In this document: positions 8,956 to 19,932 of the stretch, in pieces
Position numbering within the stretch: position 1 is the first letter of the stretch
How the letters are laid out: every line of letters begins with the position of its first letter
Made by a program: the position numbers and the translations under genes
Assembly: GCA_019311115.1 (NCBI GenBank)
Contig: JAFDDB010000025.1
Coordinates: forward strand, 1 to 32,747
Origin: Deltaproteobacteria bacterium
GTDB taxonomy: Bacteria; Myxococcota_A; UBA9160; SZUA-336
DNA: 32,747 nucleotides
Direction of reading: 5' to 3'
Notes under the pieces: generated by a model
The model's input: the letters and a program-made list of their open reading frames with translations, nothing else
What the model was told of the DNA's origin: nothing
Database searches by the model: none

Positions 8956-9630
8956 TCAGTCGGCTGCGGCGACCGGGGCGGGGCCGACCACGCGGCGCCG
9001 GACCTCGAAGTGGGCCGCCTCGTCGAACAACTCGATCGGCTTCCAGTTCGAGACCGCGGAGAGACGCACCATCTTCGGCGTCACGACTCCCGTCGGGTCG
9101 AGCAGGAACGGATCGTCCGTCCGCCCACGCTCGAACCAGAGCGTGACCATGTGGTGCTGGCCCGTGCCTTCCTCGACGATGATCGCGCGGTAGATCTCGT
9201 CCGGCTCGAAGCCGAGCCGGCGGAGCAGCACGAACGTCAGCAGGTCGAGGCCGTCGCAGTCGTCGGCGCCGGTCTCCACCACCTCGCCGAGCGTCGCCCA
9301 GTGGTCGGTCGCGCCGTCCGGCTCGTAGTGGTCGCGGCTGTGCTCCTGCACCCAGTTCACGGCGTCCGCTGCGATCTTCCTGCGCAGGCCCTGCGTGAAG
9401 GAGTCGTACTTCTCGGCCAGATCGGACGAGTCGCGCGGAGTCTCGCCCCGGACCGCCGGGTCCAGGTGATGACGCGCCTGCCAGTTCTCGATCTTGCGGC
9501 TCCACGGGTTCGACTCCGGGGCCGGCGAGAAGAAGTCGAGCGCGATCAAGGGGAAAGCCGGCGAAGTCGCGCACGACGTCAGCGCCAGGCCGGTCACACA
9601 GATGGCGATGCAGGTGCTGCGCAGAAACAT
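8956..9630 (-). CDS. transglutaminase-like cysteine peptidase lipoprotein (BTLCP/LapG-like fold)
   Basis: I chose the ATG at 9630 (MFLRSTCIAICVTGLALTSCAT: signal peptide plus lipobox LTSC) with GAGG 5 nt upstream. Cys motif GADDCDGLDLLTFVLLRRLGF, His motif GQHHMVTLWFE and a downstream Asp (DDPFLLD) fit a transglutaminase-like Cys-His-Asp core. Confidence 0.65.
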   Translation of the reverse strand: MFLRSTCIAICVTGLALTSCATSPAFPLIALDFFSPAPESNPWSRKIENWQARHHLDPAVRGETPRDSSDLAEKYDSFTQGLRRKIAADAVNWVQEHSRDHYEPDGATDHWATLGEVVETGADDCDGLDLLTFVLLRRLGFEPDEIYRAIIVEEGTGQHHMVTLWFERGRTDDPFLLDPTGVVTPKMVRLSAVSNWKPIELFDEAAHFEVRRRVVGPAPVAAAD

Positions 9631-9821
9631 CTCAGCCTCGTCCACTCGTAGCCATTTGCACCCTCTCGAAGAGAAGGATTCGGCCTTTTCGGACCCGGGC
9701 TTGAGGCGTCGCGCGTGCGCAGCTGTACCGGGGAGACGCGCGCGCGGACGGGCGGAGACACGCGCGCCAGACGAACTCGGGGCGCGCGCGGGGCGCGGCG
9801 CGCGATCAGGTGGTCAGCCGG

Positions 9822-11081
9822 TCAGAAGTAGGCTTCTACCGACAGGATGAGCAGGCCGGGCGTGTCGCCAAAGTCGTTCTTCTCGTCGGCGCGGCCGACG
9901 AAGAGCTGGCCGCCCACCGAGATCACCAGGTCCGCCCAGGGCGAGAAGCTGAGAGACGGCGCGAACGCCGCGCTGGCGCCGTTCCAGTCGTACAGCACCA
10001 CGGCGCTTCCCGTAAGCAGGGGGTGGAACTCGTAGCTCAGCACGATGCCGGTCTGGTGCTCGTTCACCGTGGTGATGCGGTCGAGCAGCGGAAGCTGGCC
10101 CCGTGCGATCGCACGGATCACGCGGTCCGAGTCGAAGGGCGGCGCGGGGCTGCCGACTTCGAGCGAGTCGAAGGTGTGCTCGTTGTACAGGTACTCGACC
10201 ACGGCGTAGACGCCGTTGCCGACGTCGAAGTTGTAGTCGATCGACGCGACCGCCTGCCAGACGTGGCCGCCCCGGTCGAGGTCGGTGTACGTGGCCTCGC
10301 CCCGGATCGCGGCGTCGCCCAGGTTCGAGGCGAAGTCAGCACCCACGACCCAGTCCTTGCGGAAGCGCCCGACCATGACGCCCGCATCCAGCGCGGGAGC
10401 CTCGTAGTCGACGCGTCCCGCCATGCGGTGCTCGTCGGGGTCGTCCTGGGGCGACCAGATCGCCGACGCCCACAGGCTGTCCGCCAGCCTCACGCGCCCG
10501 ACCGCCGCGTCCTGGCCGATCCGCTGGTCACTCTCGATGGCGAGCGGGAAGATCGGGTTGAACAGGTCTTCGGGGTTCCACAGGCGGCCCCGCCCCAGCG
10601 CGATGCGCTGGCGGCCCAGCGTCAACTCGACGCCATCTCCCTCGAAGCGCACCCAGGCGCGGTAGATCGAGTGCCGCCAGTGGGCGTCGGAGTGCACCGA
10701 GTAGGTGCGGTCCCAATTCAGCCAGGTCTGCGTACCGATCTGTTCGGCCACCGCGAGGCCGAGCGAGTCCAGGAACGTGCCGTTGCGCATCTCGTTGTCG
10801 TAGACGAACTGCGCCGAGACCTTGTCCTTCCACGCCCCCTCCGCCTCGATTCGCGCCCGCGTCAGCAGTCCCCAGCTGTCGCTGCGATGCGCCTGGAACG
10901 GCAGGGCCTCGACGAAGTCCTCGGTCGTGACCGTGCGCGTGAAGGTGTAGAGCGACTTGACGCTTCCGTTCAGCTCCATGCGGAAGTCGCCCCGGTCGAA
11001 CTCGGCTCCGAGAACGGGACCCGCTGCGAGCACGCCGCAGAGCGGGAGCAGAACGGCGCGCAGACGTACTCCGGGACTCAC
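9822..11081 (-). CDS. outer-membrane beta-barrel protein (last gene of the ABC/LolA-like operon)
   Basis: 419 aa. Signal peptide MSPGVRLRAVLLPLCGVLAAGPVLGAEF, alternating amphipathic strands rich in Y/W/G, and a C-terminal aromatic residue (...LSVEAYF). Overlaps the ATPase stop by 4 nt. Confidence 0.7.
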   Translation of the reverse strand: MSPGVRLRAVLLPLCGVLAAGPVLGAEFDRGDFRMELNGSVKSLYTFTRTVTTEDFVEALPFQAHRSDSWGLLTRARIEAEGAWKDKVSAQFVYDNEMRNGTFLDSLGLAVAEQIGTQTWLNWDRTYSVHSDAHWRHSIYRAWVRFEGDGVELTLGRQRIALGRGRLWNPEDLFNPIFPLAIESDQRIGQDAAVGRVRLADSLWASAIWSPQDDPDEHRMAGRVDYEAPALDAGVMVGRFRKDWVVGADFASNLGDAAIRGEATYTDLDRGGHVWQAVASIDYNFDVGNGVYAVVEYLYNEHTFDSLEVGSPAPPFDSDRVIRAIARGQLPLLDRITTVNEHQTGIVLSYEFHPLLTGSAVVLYDWNGASAAFAPSLSFSPWADLVISVGGQLFVGRADEKNDFGDTPGLLILSVEAYF

Positions 11082-11770
11082 GGGCGGCTCTCGTCGCTCG
11101 CAATCCGGCCGTCTACGAGTTGCACGATGCGGCGCGCGCGGTCCATCACGCGCCGGTCGTGCGTGCTGAACAGGAAGGTGACGCCGCGCTCGCCGTTCAT
11201 GCGCAGCATCAGGTCGAGCAGGCTCTCCGCGGTACGGGAGTCGAGATTCGCTGTGGGCTCGTCGGCGAGCACGATGCTGGGATTCGACGCGATCGCCCGG
11301 GCCACCGCCACGCGCTGCTGCTGGCCGCCGCTCATCTCGGTCGGACGCTTGGCAAGCAGGTCTCCGAGGCCGAGTTCGACGAGCACCTCTTCGGCGCGGG
11401 CCCGCCGCTCGCGCGCGCCGAGGCCTTGGAGCAGCAGCACGAACTCGACGTTCTCCGTCGCCGACAAGACGGGAATCAGGTTGTAGGACTGGAAGATGAA
11501 GCCGAGCTTCTCCAGTCTGAGATCGGAGCGCTCGGCCTCGCTCATCGCCGTGACGTCGTCGCCGTCGATCCGCACGATTCCGCTCGTCGGCGCGTCGATC
11601 GTGCCGAGCATGTTGAGCAGCGTCGTCTTGCCCGATCCGGACGGCCCGGCCAGCGCGCTGAACTCGCCCCGCGTGACGTCGAGCGACACGTCGTCGAGTG
11701 CCCGCGTCGTGACCGCCCGGGTCTCGTAGTCCTTGGTCACGTTCACGGCCTGCATGACCGCGTCGGCCAT
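11078..11770 (-). CDS. ABC transporter ATP-binding protein (LolD/MacB-type)
   Basis: Walker A GPSGSGKTT, ABC signature MSGGQQQRVAVARA, Walker B IVLADEPT and H-loop FSTHD are present. I chose the ATG at 11770 (MADAVMQAVNV...) with GGAGG 5 nt upstream; the track ORF starts 10 codons earlier. Confidence 0.85.
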   Translation of the reverse strand: MADAVMQAVNVTKDYETRAVTTRALDDVSLDVTRGEFSALAGPSGSGKTTLLNMLGTIDAPTSGIVRIDGDDVTAMSEAERSDLRLEKLGFIFQSYNLIPVLSATENVEFVLLLQGLGARERRARAEEVLVELGLGDLLAKRPTEMSGGQQQRVAVARAIASNPSIVLADEPTANLDSRTAESLLDLMLRMNGERGVTFLFSTHDRRVMDRARRIVQLVDGRIASDESRP

Positions 11771-11810
11771 CACGTCCTCCCCATCACGTTCTCCCGTCAC
11801 GTTCGCCCCG

Positions 11811-13028
11811 TCACGCCCGGCGGAGGGCCTCGGCCGGGCGCATCCGAATCGCGCGCACGCCGGGCCAGACGGCCGCGACCACGCCGGTCACGAGTGCTAG
11901 CGCGAGCGGCGTGAGCGCGTCCTCCCACCCGGCGTGCAGGAACACCCGCGTGCCGATGCCGTAGCTCTCGAGTGCGTCGGAGAACATGCTCAGGTCGATT
12001 CCGCGCTTGCCGAGCCAGCCGACCAGCGCAAAGCCGGTGCCGAGTCCGATGCCCGTGCCCGCGAGCGTCAGCGCCGCCGACTCGAGCGCGATCAGCATCA
12101 TCAGCCGAGCGCGCGAGAGGCCGAGCGAACGCATCACCCCGAACTCGCGCAGCCGCTCGTACACCGCCATGAGCATGGTGTTCGCGATGCCGAACGCCAT
12201 GGCGACGAAGACCGTGGCGTAGAAGATCCAGGACAGGTCTCCCATCAGGTCGAGCATCGAGGCGAGCCGCCGCGCGCGCTCGCGCCAGGTCAGCACCTCG
12301 ACGCCCGAACCGAGCGCCTCCTGCAACCTCGCCTGGACGGCGTCGACCGTCTTCTCGTCGTCGAGCACGATGGCGACCTCGGTCGCCGCATCGCCGACGC
12401 CGAACAGCCGCTGCGCATCGCGAAGGCGCAGGAATACCGCGACTCCGTCGAACTCCGACGAGGCGGTGCGGTACAGGCCACTCACGCGGAACGCGCCGAG
12501 CCCCGCGTCGCCGGGCACGTGGAGCACGAGCTTGTCGCCGATCTCCGCGCGCATCTCGCCGGCCATCTTCACGCCGATCACCACCGGAGGAAGACGCCGC
12601 GCGCCGGAGCCCGTGCGCAGGAAGCTCCCCTCGACGATCGAGGAAGGGACGACCGACACCTCCGCCTCGTCGCCCGGACGGACGCCGATCATCACCGCGA
12701 GCACGCTCTTGCGGGCGGTCTGGACGAGCCCTTCCCCGCGAAGACGCGGCGAGGCATGGACTCCGGCCTGCGACCGCGCCGTCTTCGCGATCGCGTCGTA
12801 GTCCGGCAGGTTGTACCGCACGTCGGGATTGTCCCGGTAGCCCGGCGCCTGGACCGCCATGTGTGCGAGCTGGATCTTCACGGCGTTGTCCGCCATCTGG
12901 TGCACGAGGCCCTTGCTCCAGGCCACCACGAAGAGGCAGCCGCTCAAGCCCACGCCGATGCTCAGCAACACGATCAGCGAGCGGCGCCAGCCACGCGCGA
13001 CGTTCCGCACGGCGATGCGAAGCAGCAC
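11811..13028 (-). CDS. ABC transporter permease, FtsX-like (MacB/LolC-type), copy 1
   Basis: 405 aa. N-terminal TM helix, large periplasmic domain, C-terminal FtsX 3-TM bundle (FGIANTMLMAVYERLREFGVMRSLG). Confidence 0.8.
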   Translation of the reverse strand: MLLRIAVRNVARGWRRSLIVLLSIGVGLSGCLFVVAWSKGLVHQMADNAVKIQLAHMAVQAPGYRDNPDVRYNLPDYDAIAKTARSQAGVHASPRLRGEGLVQTARKSVLAVMIGVRPGDEAEVSVVPSSIVEGSFLRTGSGARRLPPVVIGVKMAGEMRAEIGDKLVLHVPGDAGLGAFRVSGLYRTASSEFDGVAVFLRLRDAQRLFGVGDAATEVAIVLDDEKTVDAVQARLQEALGSGVEVLTWRERARRLASMLDLMGDLSWIFYATVFVAMAFGIANTMLMAVYERLREFGVMRSLGLSRARLMMLIALESAALTLAGTGIGLGTGFALVGWLGKRGIDLSMFSDALESYGIGTRVFLHAGWEDALTPLALALVTGVVAAVWPGVRAIRMRPAEALRRA

Positions 13029-13029
13029 T

Positions 13030-14268
13030 TCAGGCCTCTCGCAGCGCGTCTACCGGGCGTCCGCGCGACGCCCGGAACGCGGGCGGAAGCGCAGCCAGCA
13101 GCGCCACGCCGACCAGGACCCCCGCCATGAGCACGAGCTGGCCCGCGTGCATGCGGAAGACGAGCAGCGCCTCTACGCCGAAGAGTTCCAGCGCCTCCGT
13201 CGCGCTCTCGCCCATCTGGATCGGGTGCTGCTCGAGCCACAGCGTGAGCGGGATGCCGATCGCGAAGCCGATCACGAGGCCGATCGCCGACATGAGCAGC
13301 GCTTCGATCACGACCAGGCCGAAGATGCGCCGGGGCCGAACGCCCATCGCGCGCATCACGCCGAACTCCCGCACGCGCTCGAGCACCGACATGAGGATCG
13401 TGTTGAGCAGCCCGAAGGCGACGACGACCAGCAGGACCGACAGGGTCAGGTAGCCGCCCAGGTCGTCGAGCACGATCAGCTGGTACAGGTCCGGCAGCAG
13501 CTCGGGCCAGGCCAGCACCTCGTAGGCGTCGCGGGAGAAGACGCGGTCGAGCTCGGCGCGCACGGCTTCGACCTGGCTCGGGTCCGACGCGAAGGCCGCG
13601 ACGTGCGACAGGCCGCCCGGATACTCGACGAACCGCCGCAGGTCGTCCAGCTCGACGATGGCCGCGTACCCGTCGATCGTGTCGTCGCCGACCTCGAGCG
13701 TTCCCGCCACGCGGAACCGCTCGGCCGACTGCGACCCGTAGTAGTCCGCGGCCAGCAGGATCATGGAGTCGCCTGCGGCCACCCCCAGGTTCTCGGCGAG
13801 CCGCCTCCCGAGCACCACGTTGCGTTCTTCCGGTTCTCCGGAGAGGAGTCCCCCCTCGCGCACGAAGCGCCCGATGCGCGTCAGCGGCCCCTCGCGTGCC
13901 GGGTCCAGGCCGATGACCTGTGCGGCGCGGCCCGTGCTGTCGTCGCGGTCGGGAATGGCGAGCGCCCAGGCCTCGAGCCGCGGCGCCCAGCCGTCGATCC
14001 CCGGGATGCGGTCGAGCGCCGCCGTCTGCGCCTCGGAGAGCGTCATGCCGTAGTCGAGAGTGCGGTGGTCGCGGTAGCCCTGCGCCATGACTTCGACGTG
14101 GCCCGGGTAGAGCCGCACGATGTGCTCGACCCAGCGGTCGTGACTGCCGGCGGCGGCGGCGAGCGTGATCAGCGTCAGCACGACCGCGAAGACCGCGGCG
14201 GCCGAGGTGAGCACGGTGCGGCGCGGCTGGCGGCCCAGGTTCCGCCACGCGATCCGCAGCAGCAGCAT
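13030..14268 (-). CDS. ABC transporter permease, FtsX-like, copy 2
   Basis: I chose the ATG at 14268 (MLLLRIAWRNLGR...), which overlaps the stop of the LolA-like gene (ATGA). Same architecture as copy 1 (LLNTILMSVLERVREFGVMRAMG). The first 44 codons of the track ORF lie inside the upstream gene. Confidence 0.8.
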   Translation of the reverse strand: MLLLRIAWRNLGRQPRRTVLTSAAAVFAVVLTLITLAAAAGSHDRWVEHIVRLYPGHVEVMAQGYRDHRTLDYGMTLSEAQTAALDRIPGIDGWAPRLEAWALAIPDRDDSTGRAAQVIGLDPAREGPLTRIGRFVREGGLLSGEPEERNVVLGRRLAENLGVAAGDSMILLAADYYGSQSAERFRVAGTLEVGDDTIDGYAAIVELDDLRRFVEYPGGLSHVAAFASDPSQVEAVRAELDRVFSRDAYEVLAWPELLPDLYQLIVLDDLGGYLTLSVLLVVVAFGLLNTILMSVLERVREFGVMRAMGVRPRRIFGLVVIEALLMSAIGLVIGFAIGIPLTLWLEQHPIQMGESATEALELFGVEALLVFRMHAGQLVLMAGVLVGVALLAALPPAFRASRGRPVDALREA

Positions 14269-15059
14269 CAACGCGCGGCCTCCGACCGCTTCAGGTTCGA
14301 CTGCGTGAAGATCGAGTCCGCGAGGTCGCGGTCGAACTCGATCTCGTCCAGCGTGATCTCGGTCATGTGCCCCGGCTTGTCGATCGGCTCCATCGACCAC
14401 TGGTGCGGCACGTTGCGTCCGTCGACGCGGCGCACGTCCGAGAAGCGCATGCGGCGGATCAGCTCGAACTCGCCGGGCTTGTCCTCGTCATAGTACAGGA
14501 AGAGGAACGGGGCGTGCGCGTCGGCCGTGATCCACGCCTCGATCTTCGCCCAGACGACGGGCGCGTCCTCGTGGGGAACCAGCAGCACGCCGAGCACCTG
14601 CGTGCCCTCGATCTCGCGCGCCCCGATTACGCTCGCCTCGTAGTCGTCGACCATCGAGGAGTCGCGCGCCAGGTCGTCGTTGGTGAAGTCACTCCCCATC
14701 CAGGACTGCAGCATCATCGACGGCGGGATGCGCGTCGTGCGCTCGACCCGGGGGAGGTACATCCAGAGCGTGTTGGCCAGCCGCAGGAACCCCGTCCCCT
14801 TGTCCTTCCGCGGCGCGAGGATGCGAGTCAGGCTGCGGTCGTTCCGGCCGTCGTCCCACGACCGGAAGCTCAAGGTCCGCTCCCAGCGCGGCGTGGTGAT
14901 GTGCATCGTCGCCTTCATCTGCGCCGTGTCGCCGCGCATCGAGTCCTCGGCCAGCTTGACGATCGCCGCGGCGTCGAGCCCCTCGTAGGAGGGGTCGGCA
15001 GCATGGGCCGCGGATGGAAGCAGGACCAGCAGGAGCGCGAACGCCAGGCTAATCATCAT
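14268..15059 (-). CDS. LolA-like outer-membrane lipoprotein-sorting family protein (periplasmic)
   Basis: Start MMISLAFALLLVLLPSAAHA (signal peptide) at 15059, with GGGAG upstream. Resembles the LolA_like/DUF-type proteins that accompany MacB-type ABC transporters. The track ORF carries a 29-codon Arg-rich extension. Confidence 0.7.
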   Translation of the reverse strand: MMISLAFALLLVLLPSAAHAADPSYEGLDAAAIVKLAEDSMRGDTAQMKATMHITTPRWERTLSFRSWDDGRNDRSLTRILAPRKDKGTGFLRLANTLWMYLPRVERTTRIPPSMMLQSWMGSDFTNDDLARDSSMVDDYEASVIGAREIEGTQVLGVLLVPHEDAPVVWAKIEAWITADAHAPFLFLYYDEDKPGEFELIRRMRFSDVRRVDGRNVPHQWSMEPIDKPGHMTEITLDEIEFDRDLADSIFTQSNLKRSEAAR

Positions 15060-16182
15060 CTTGCCCACTCCCTTCTCCCGTCGGCCTGCCAGGCTTGTCA
15101 GGCTTGTCCGACTCGTCCGGCTCCTCGCCGCGCGCCAGCGCCGCAATGCCGGAGATGGCGCCGAGACCCATCGTCTCGACGGCCGAGCTCGGTACGATGA
15201 TCATCGAACCCCGCTGGCGGATTCCCTCGTAGACCATGTTCATGGCGCGAAGGTGCAGCGCCTCGGGGTTGCCGCGGTACTGGGCCGCAGCCTCGGCGAA
15301 CTTCCCCGCGATCTCGGCCTCGGCCGTGGACAGGATCACCCGGGCCTGGCGCTCGCGCTCGGCTTGCGCGCGCTTCGACATCGCCTCTTCGAGCCCCTCG
15401 GGAAGCACCACGTCGGTGATCTCGATCGACTGGATGGTGATGCCCCAGGCGTTCGTCTTCTCGTCCAGCGCCTTCTGGATCTCGGCCCCGAGCTTCTGGC
15501 GGTTGCTCAGCAGGTCGGCCAGCTCGTGTTTGCCGACGGCATCCTTCAGCGCCGTCTGCGCCGACAGGATGACGGCGCTCTGGTAGCTCTCGAGCTCGAG
15601 CACCGCCTTCTCGGCGTCCCAGACCAGCCAGAAGCAGATGGCGTCGACGTAGAGCGGGACGGTGTCGAGCGTCAGGATCCTCTCGGCGCGGAAGTCGGTG
15701 GCGCGCACGCGCTGGTCCACGAAGGCCTCGATCCGGTCGATGAAGGGCGCCATGACGAACAGCCCCGGCCCGCGCAGGCCGCGGAACTCGCCGAGCCTCA
15801 GCAGGATGGCCTTGTCCCAGTGGCTCACGACCTGCACCGACGCCGCGACGGCGGCGGAGAGGCCGAGGCCCGCCACCACGGCGATCGTGTTCTCGCCGGG
15901 GTAGGCGATGCCGAGCGCGATCCCGACCAGCAGCATGGCCCCGAGGACCTGGTCCCAGCGACGGCCCACGTGGATCATGCCGAGCGCGAACAGCGCGGCC
16001 ACGCCGGTCGCCACCGCGAACTCGGGCGGCAGCTCGCCCCGGCTGGCCAGCGCGCCGGCCGTCAATCCGATGCCCGCGAGCAGGACGAACGAGTTGAGCG
16101 GTCCCCACGCAAAGTGGGGCTGGAACATCGGCAGCAGTGCGAGGCGTTGCAGGGTTTGACGGCCCTCGTCGATCTTCGACAT
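15049..16182 (-). CDS. SPFH/band-7 (stomatin/prohibitin-like) protein with N-terminal polytopic membrane domain
   Basis: 377 aa. About 120 aa of TM helices, then an SPFH core (LTLDTVPLYVDAICFWLVWDAEKAV...ITIQSIEITDVVLPE...AERERQARVILSTAEAEIA) and an acidic tail (EPDESDKPDKPGRPTGEGSGQDDD). Confidence 0.85.
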   Translation of the reverse strand: MSKIDEGRQTLQRLALLPMFQPHFAWGPLNSFVLLAGIGLTAGALASRGELPPEFAVATGVAALFALGMIHVGRRWDQVLGAMLLVGIALGIAYPGENTIAVVAGLGLSAAVAASVQVVSHWDKAILLRLGEFRGLRGPGLFVMAPFIDRIEAFVDQRVRATDFRAERILTLDTVPLYVDAICFWLVWDAEKAVLELESYQSAVILSAQTALKDAVGKHELADLLSNRQKLGAEIQKALDEKTNAWGITIQSIEITDVVLPEGLEEAMSKRAQAERERQARVILSTAEAEIAGKFAEAAAQYRGNPEALHLRAMNMVYEGIRQRGSMIIVPSSAVETMGLGAISGIAALARGEEPDESDKPDKPGRPTGEGSGQDDD

Positions 16183-16183
16183 C

Positions 16184-16582
16184 TCACTCCTCCCTGGCGG
16201 ACTGGAGGGCGACGATCAGCTCGTCGAGGTCGATGCCGTAGGAGCCCGCGCGCCCCACGACATCGCGGCACAGACCTTCCAGCAGCCGCGCCCTCTCGTC
16301 GTCCGTGATGGTGACGTCCGCTTCGCTGATGAAGGTGCCCGTGCCCTGCTGGGTCTCGAGGTTCCCGCGGATCTCGAGCTCCTTGTAGGACTTGATCACG
16401 GTGTTCGGGTTGACCGACAGCTCGACCGCAAGCTGGCGGACGGTGGGCAGCTGGCTGCCCGGCTTCAGCTCACCCCGCGCGATCGCGTAGCGGATCTGGG
16501 AGATGATCTGGCGGTAGATGGGCACGCCCGAGTGGTGGTCGAGCGTGATGTTGAACTCGCGCAGGGCCGGCGGCGCTTTCAT
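16184..16582 (-). CDS. GntR-family transcriptional regulator, short YtrA-like subfamily (no effector domain)
   Basis: 132 aa. Winged HTH SQLPTVRQLAVELSVNPNTVIKSYKELEIRGNLETQQGTGTFI. Its stop is 2 nt before the SPFH start. It is the first gene of a seven-gene minus-strand operon. Confidence 0.85.
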   Translation of the reverse strand: MKAPPALREFNITLDHHSGVPIYRQIISQIRYAIARGELKPGSQLPTVRQLAVELSVNPNTVIKSYKELEIRGNLETQQGTGTFISEADVTITDDERARLLEGLCRDVVGRAGSYGIDLDELIVALQSAREE

Positions 16583-16615
16583 TGCGGGCGGTCTCGCCTC
16601 GGGGATCTCCGGGTG

Positions 16616-16647
16616 TTCTATTTAGCTAGTACACTATCGAAATAGAA
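16616..16647. promoter_or_regulatory. perfect inverted repeat TTCTATTT-N16-AAATAGAA in an AT-rich island; candidate GntR/YtrA operator and divergent promoter region
   Basis: The sequence ttctatttagctagtacactatcgaaatagaa lies about 35 nt upstream of the gntR start and about 100 nt upstream of ileS. It is conspicuously AT-rich in a ~70% GC context. Confidence 0.5.
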
Positions 16648-16746
16648 GCAAGCCTGGGCTGCCCGCGCAGCCGCCCGCGCCGCCCGGGTTTGTCTCGCCG
16701 CGACGGGCTCGATAGCCTGTCGCTCTTCCGCCGCCCGGAGCGCTCC

Positions 16747-19914
<3,168 letters not shown>

Positions 19915-19932
19915 GCCGCGGGGGGAGCCTTC

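Noticed and set aside
9631-9821. 190-nt non-coding gap with GC-rich partial repeats (ggagacgcgcgcgc / ggagacacgcgcgcc).
   Set aside because: I examined it for a tRNA, a small RNA or a Rho-independent terminator. There is no cloverleaf, no clean hairpin plus U-tract, and the repeats are imperfect. It probably just holds the promoter of the peptidase operon and the 3' UTR of the transporter operon.
9810-14493. Long + strand ORFs (9810..11486, 11120..11914, 11934..13130, 12859..14493) and the minus alt-frame ORF 12974..14248, all overlapping the ABC/FtsX/barrel genes.
   Set aside because: All are Arg/His/Asp/Pro-rich with no recognisable domains. The opposite or alternate frame encodes Walker A/B, ABC signature and FtsX motifs.
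15061-16308. 415-aa + ORF and 336-aa minus alt-frame ORF over the SPFH gene.
   Set aside because: The composition is Arg/Gly/Pro junk. The SPFH frame has a coherent membrane + band-7 architecture.
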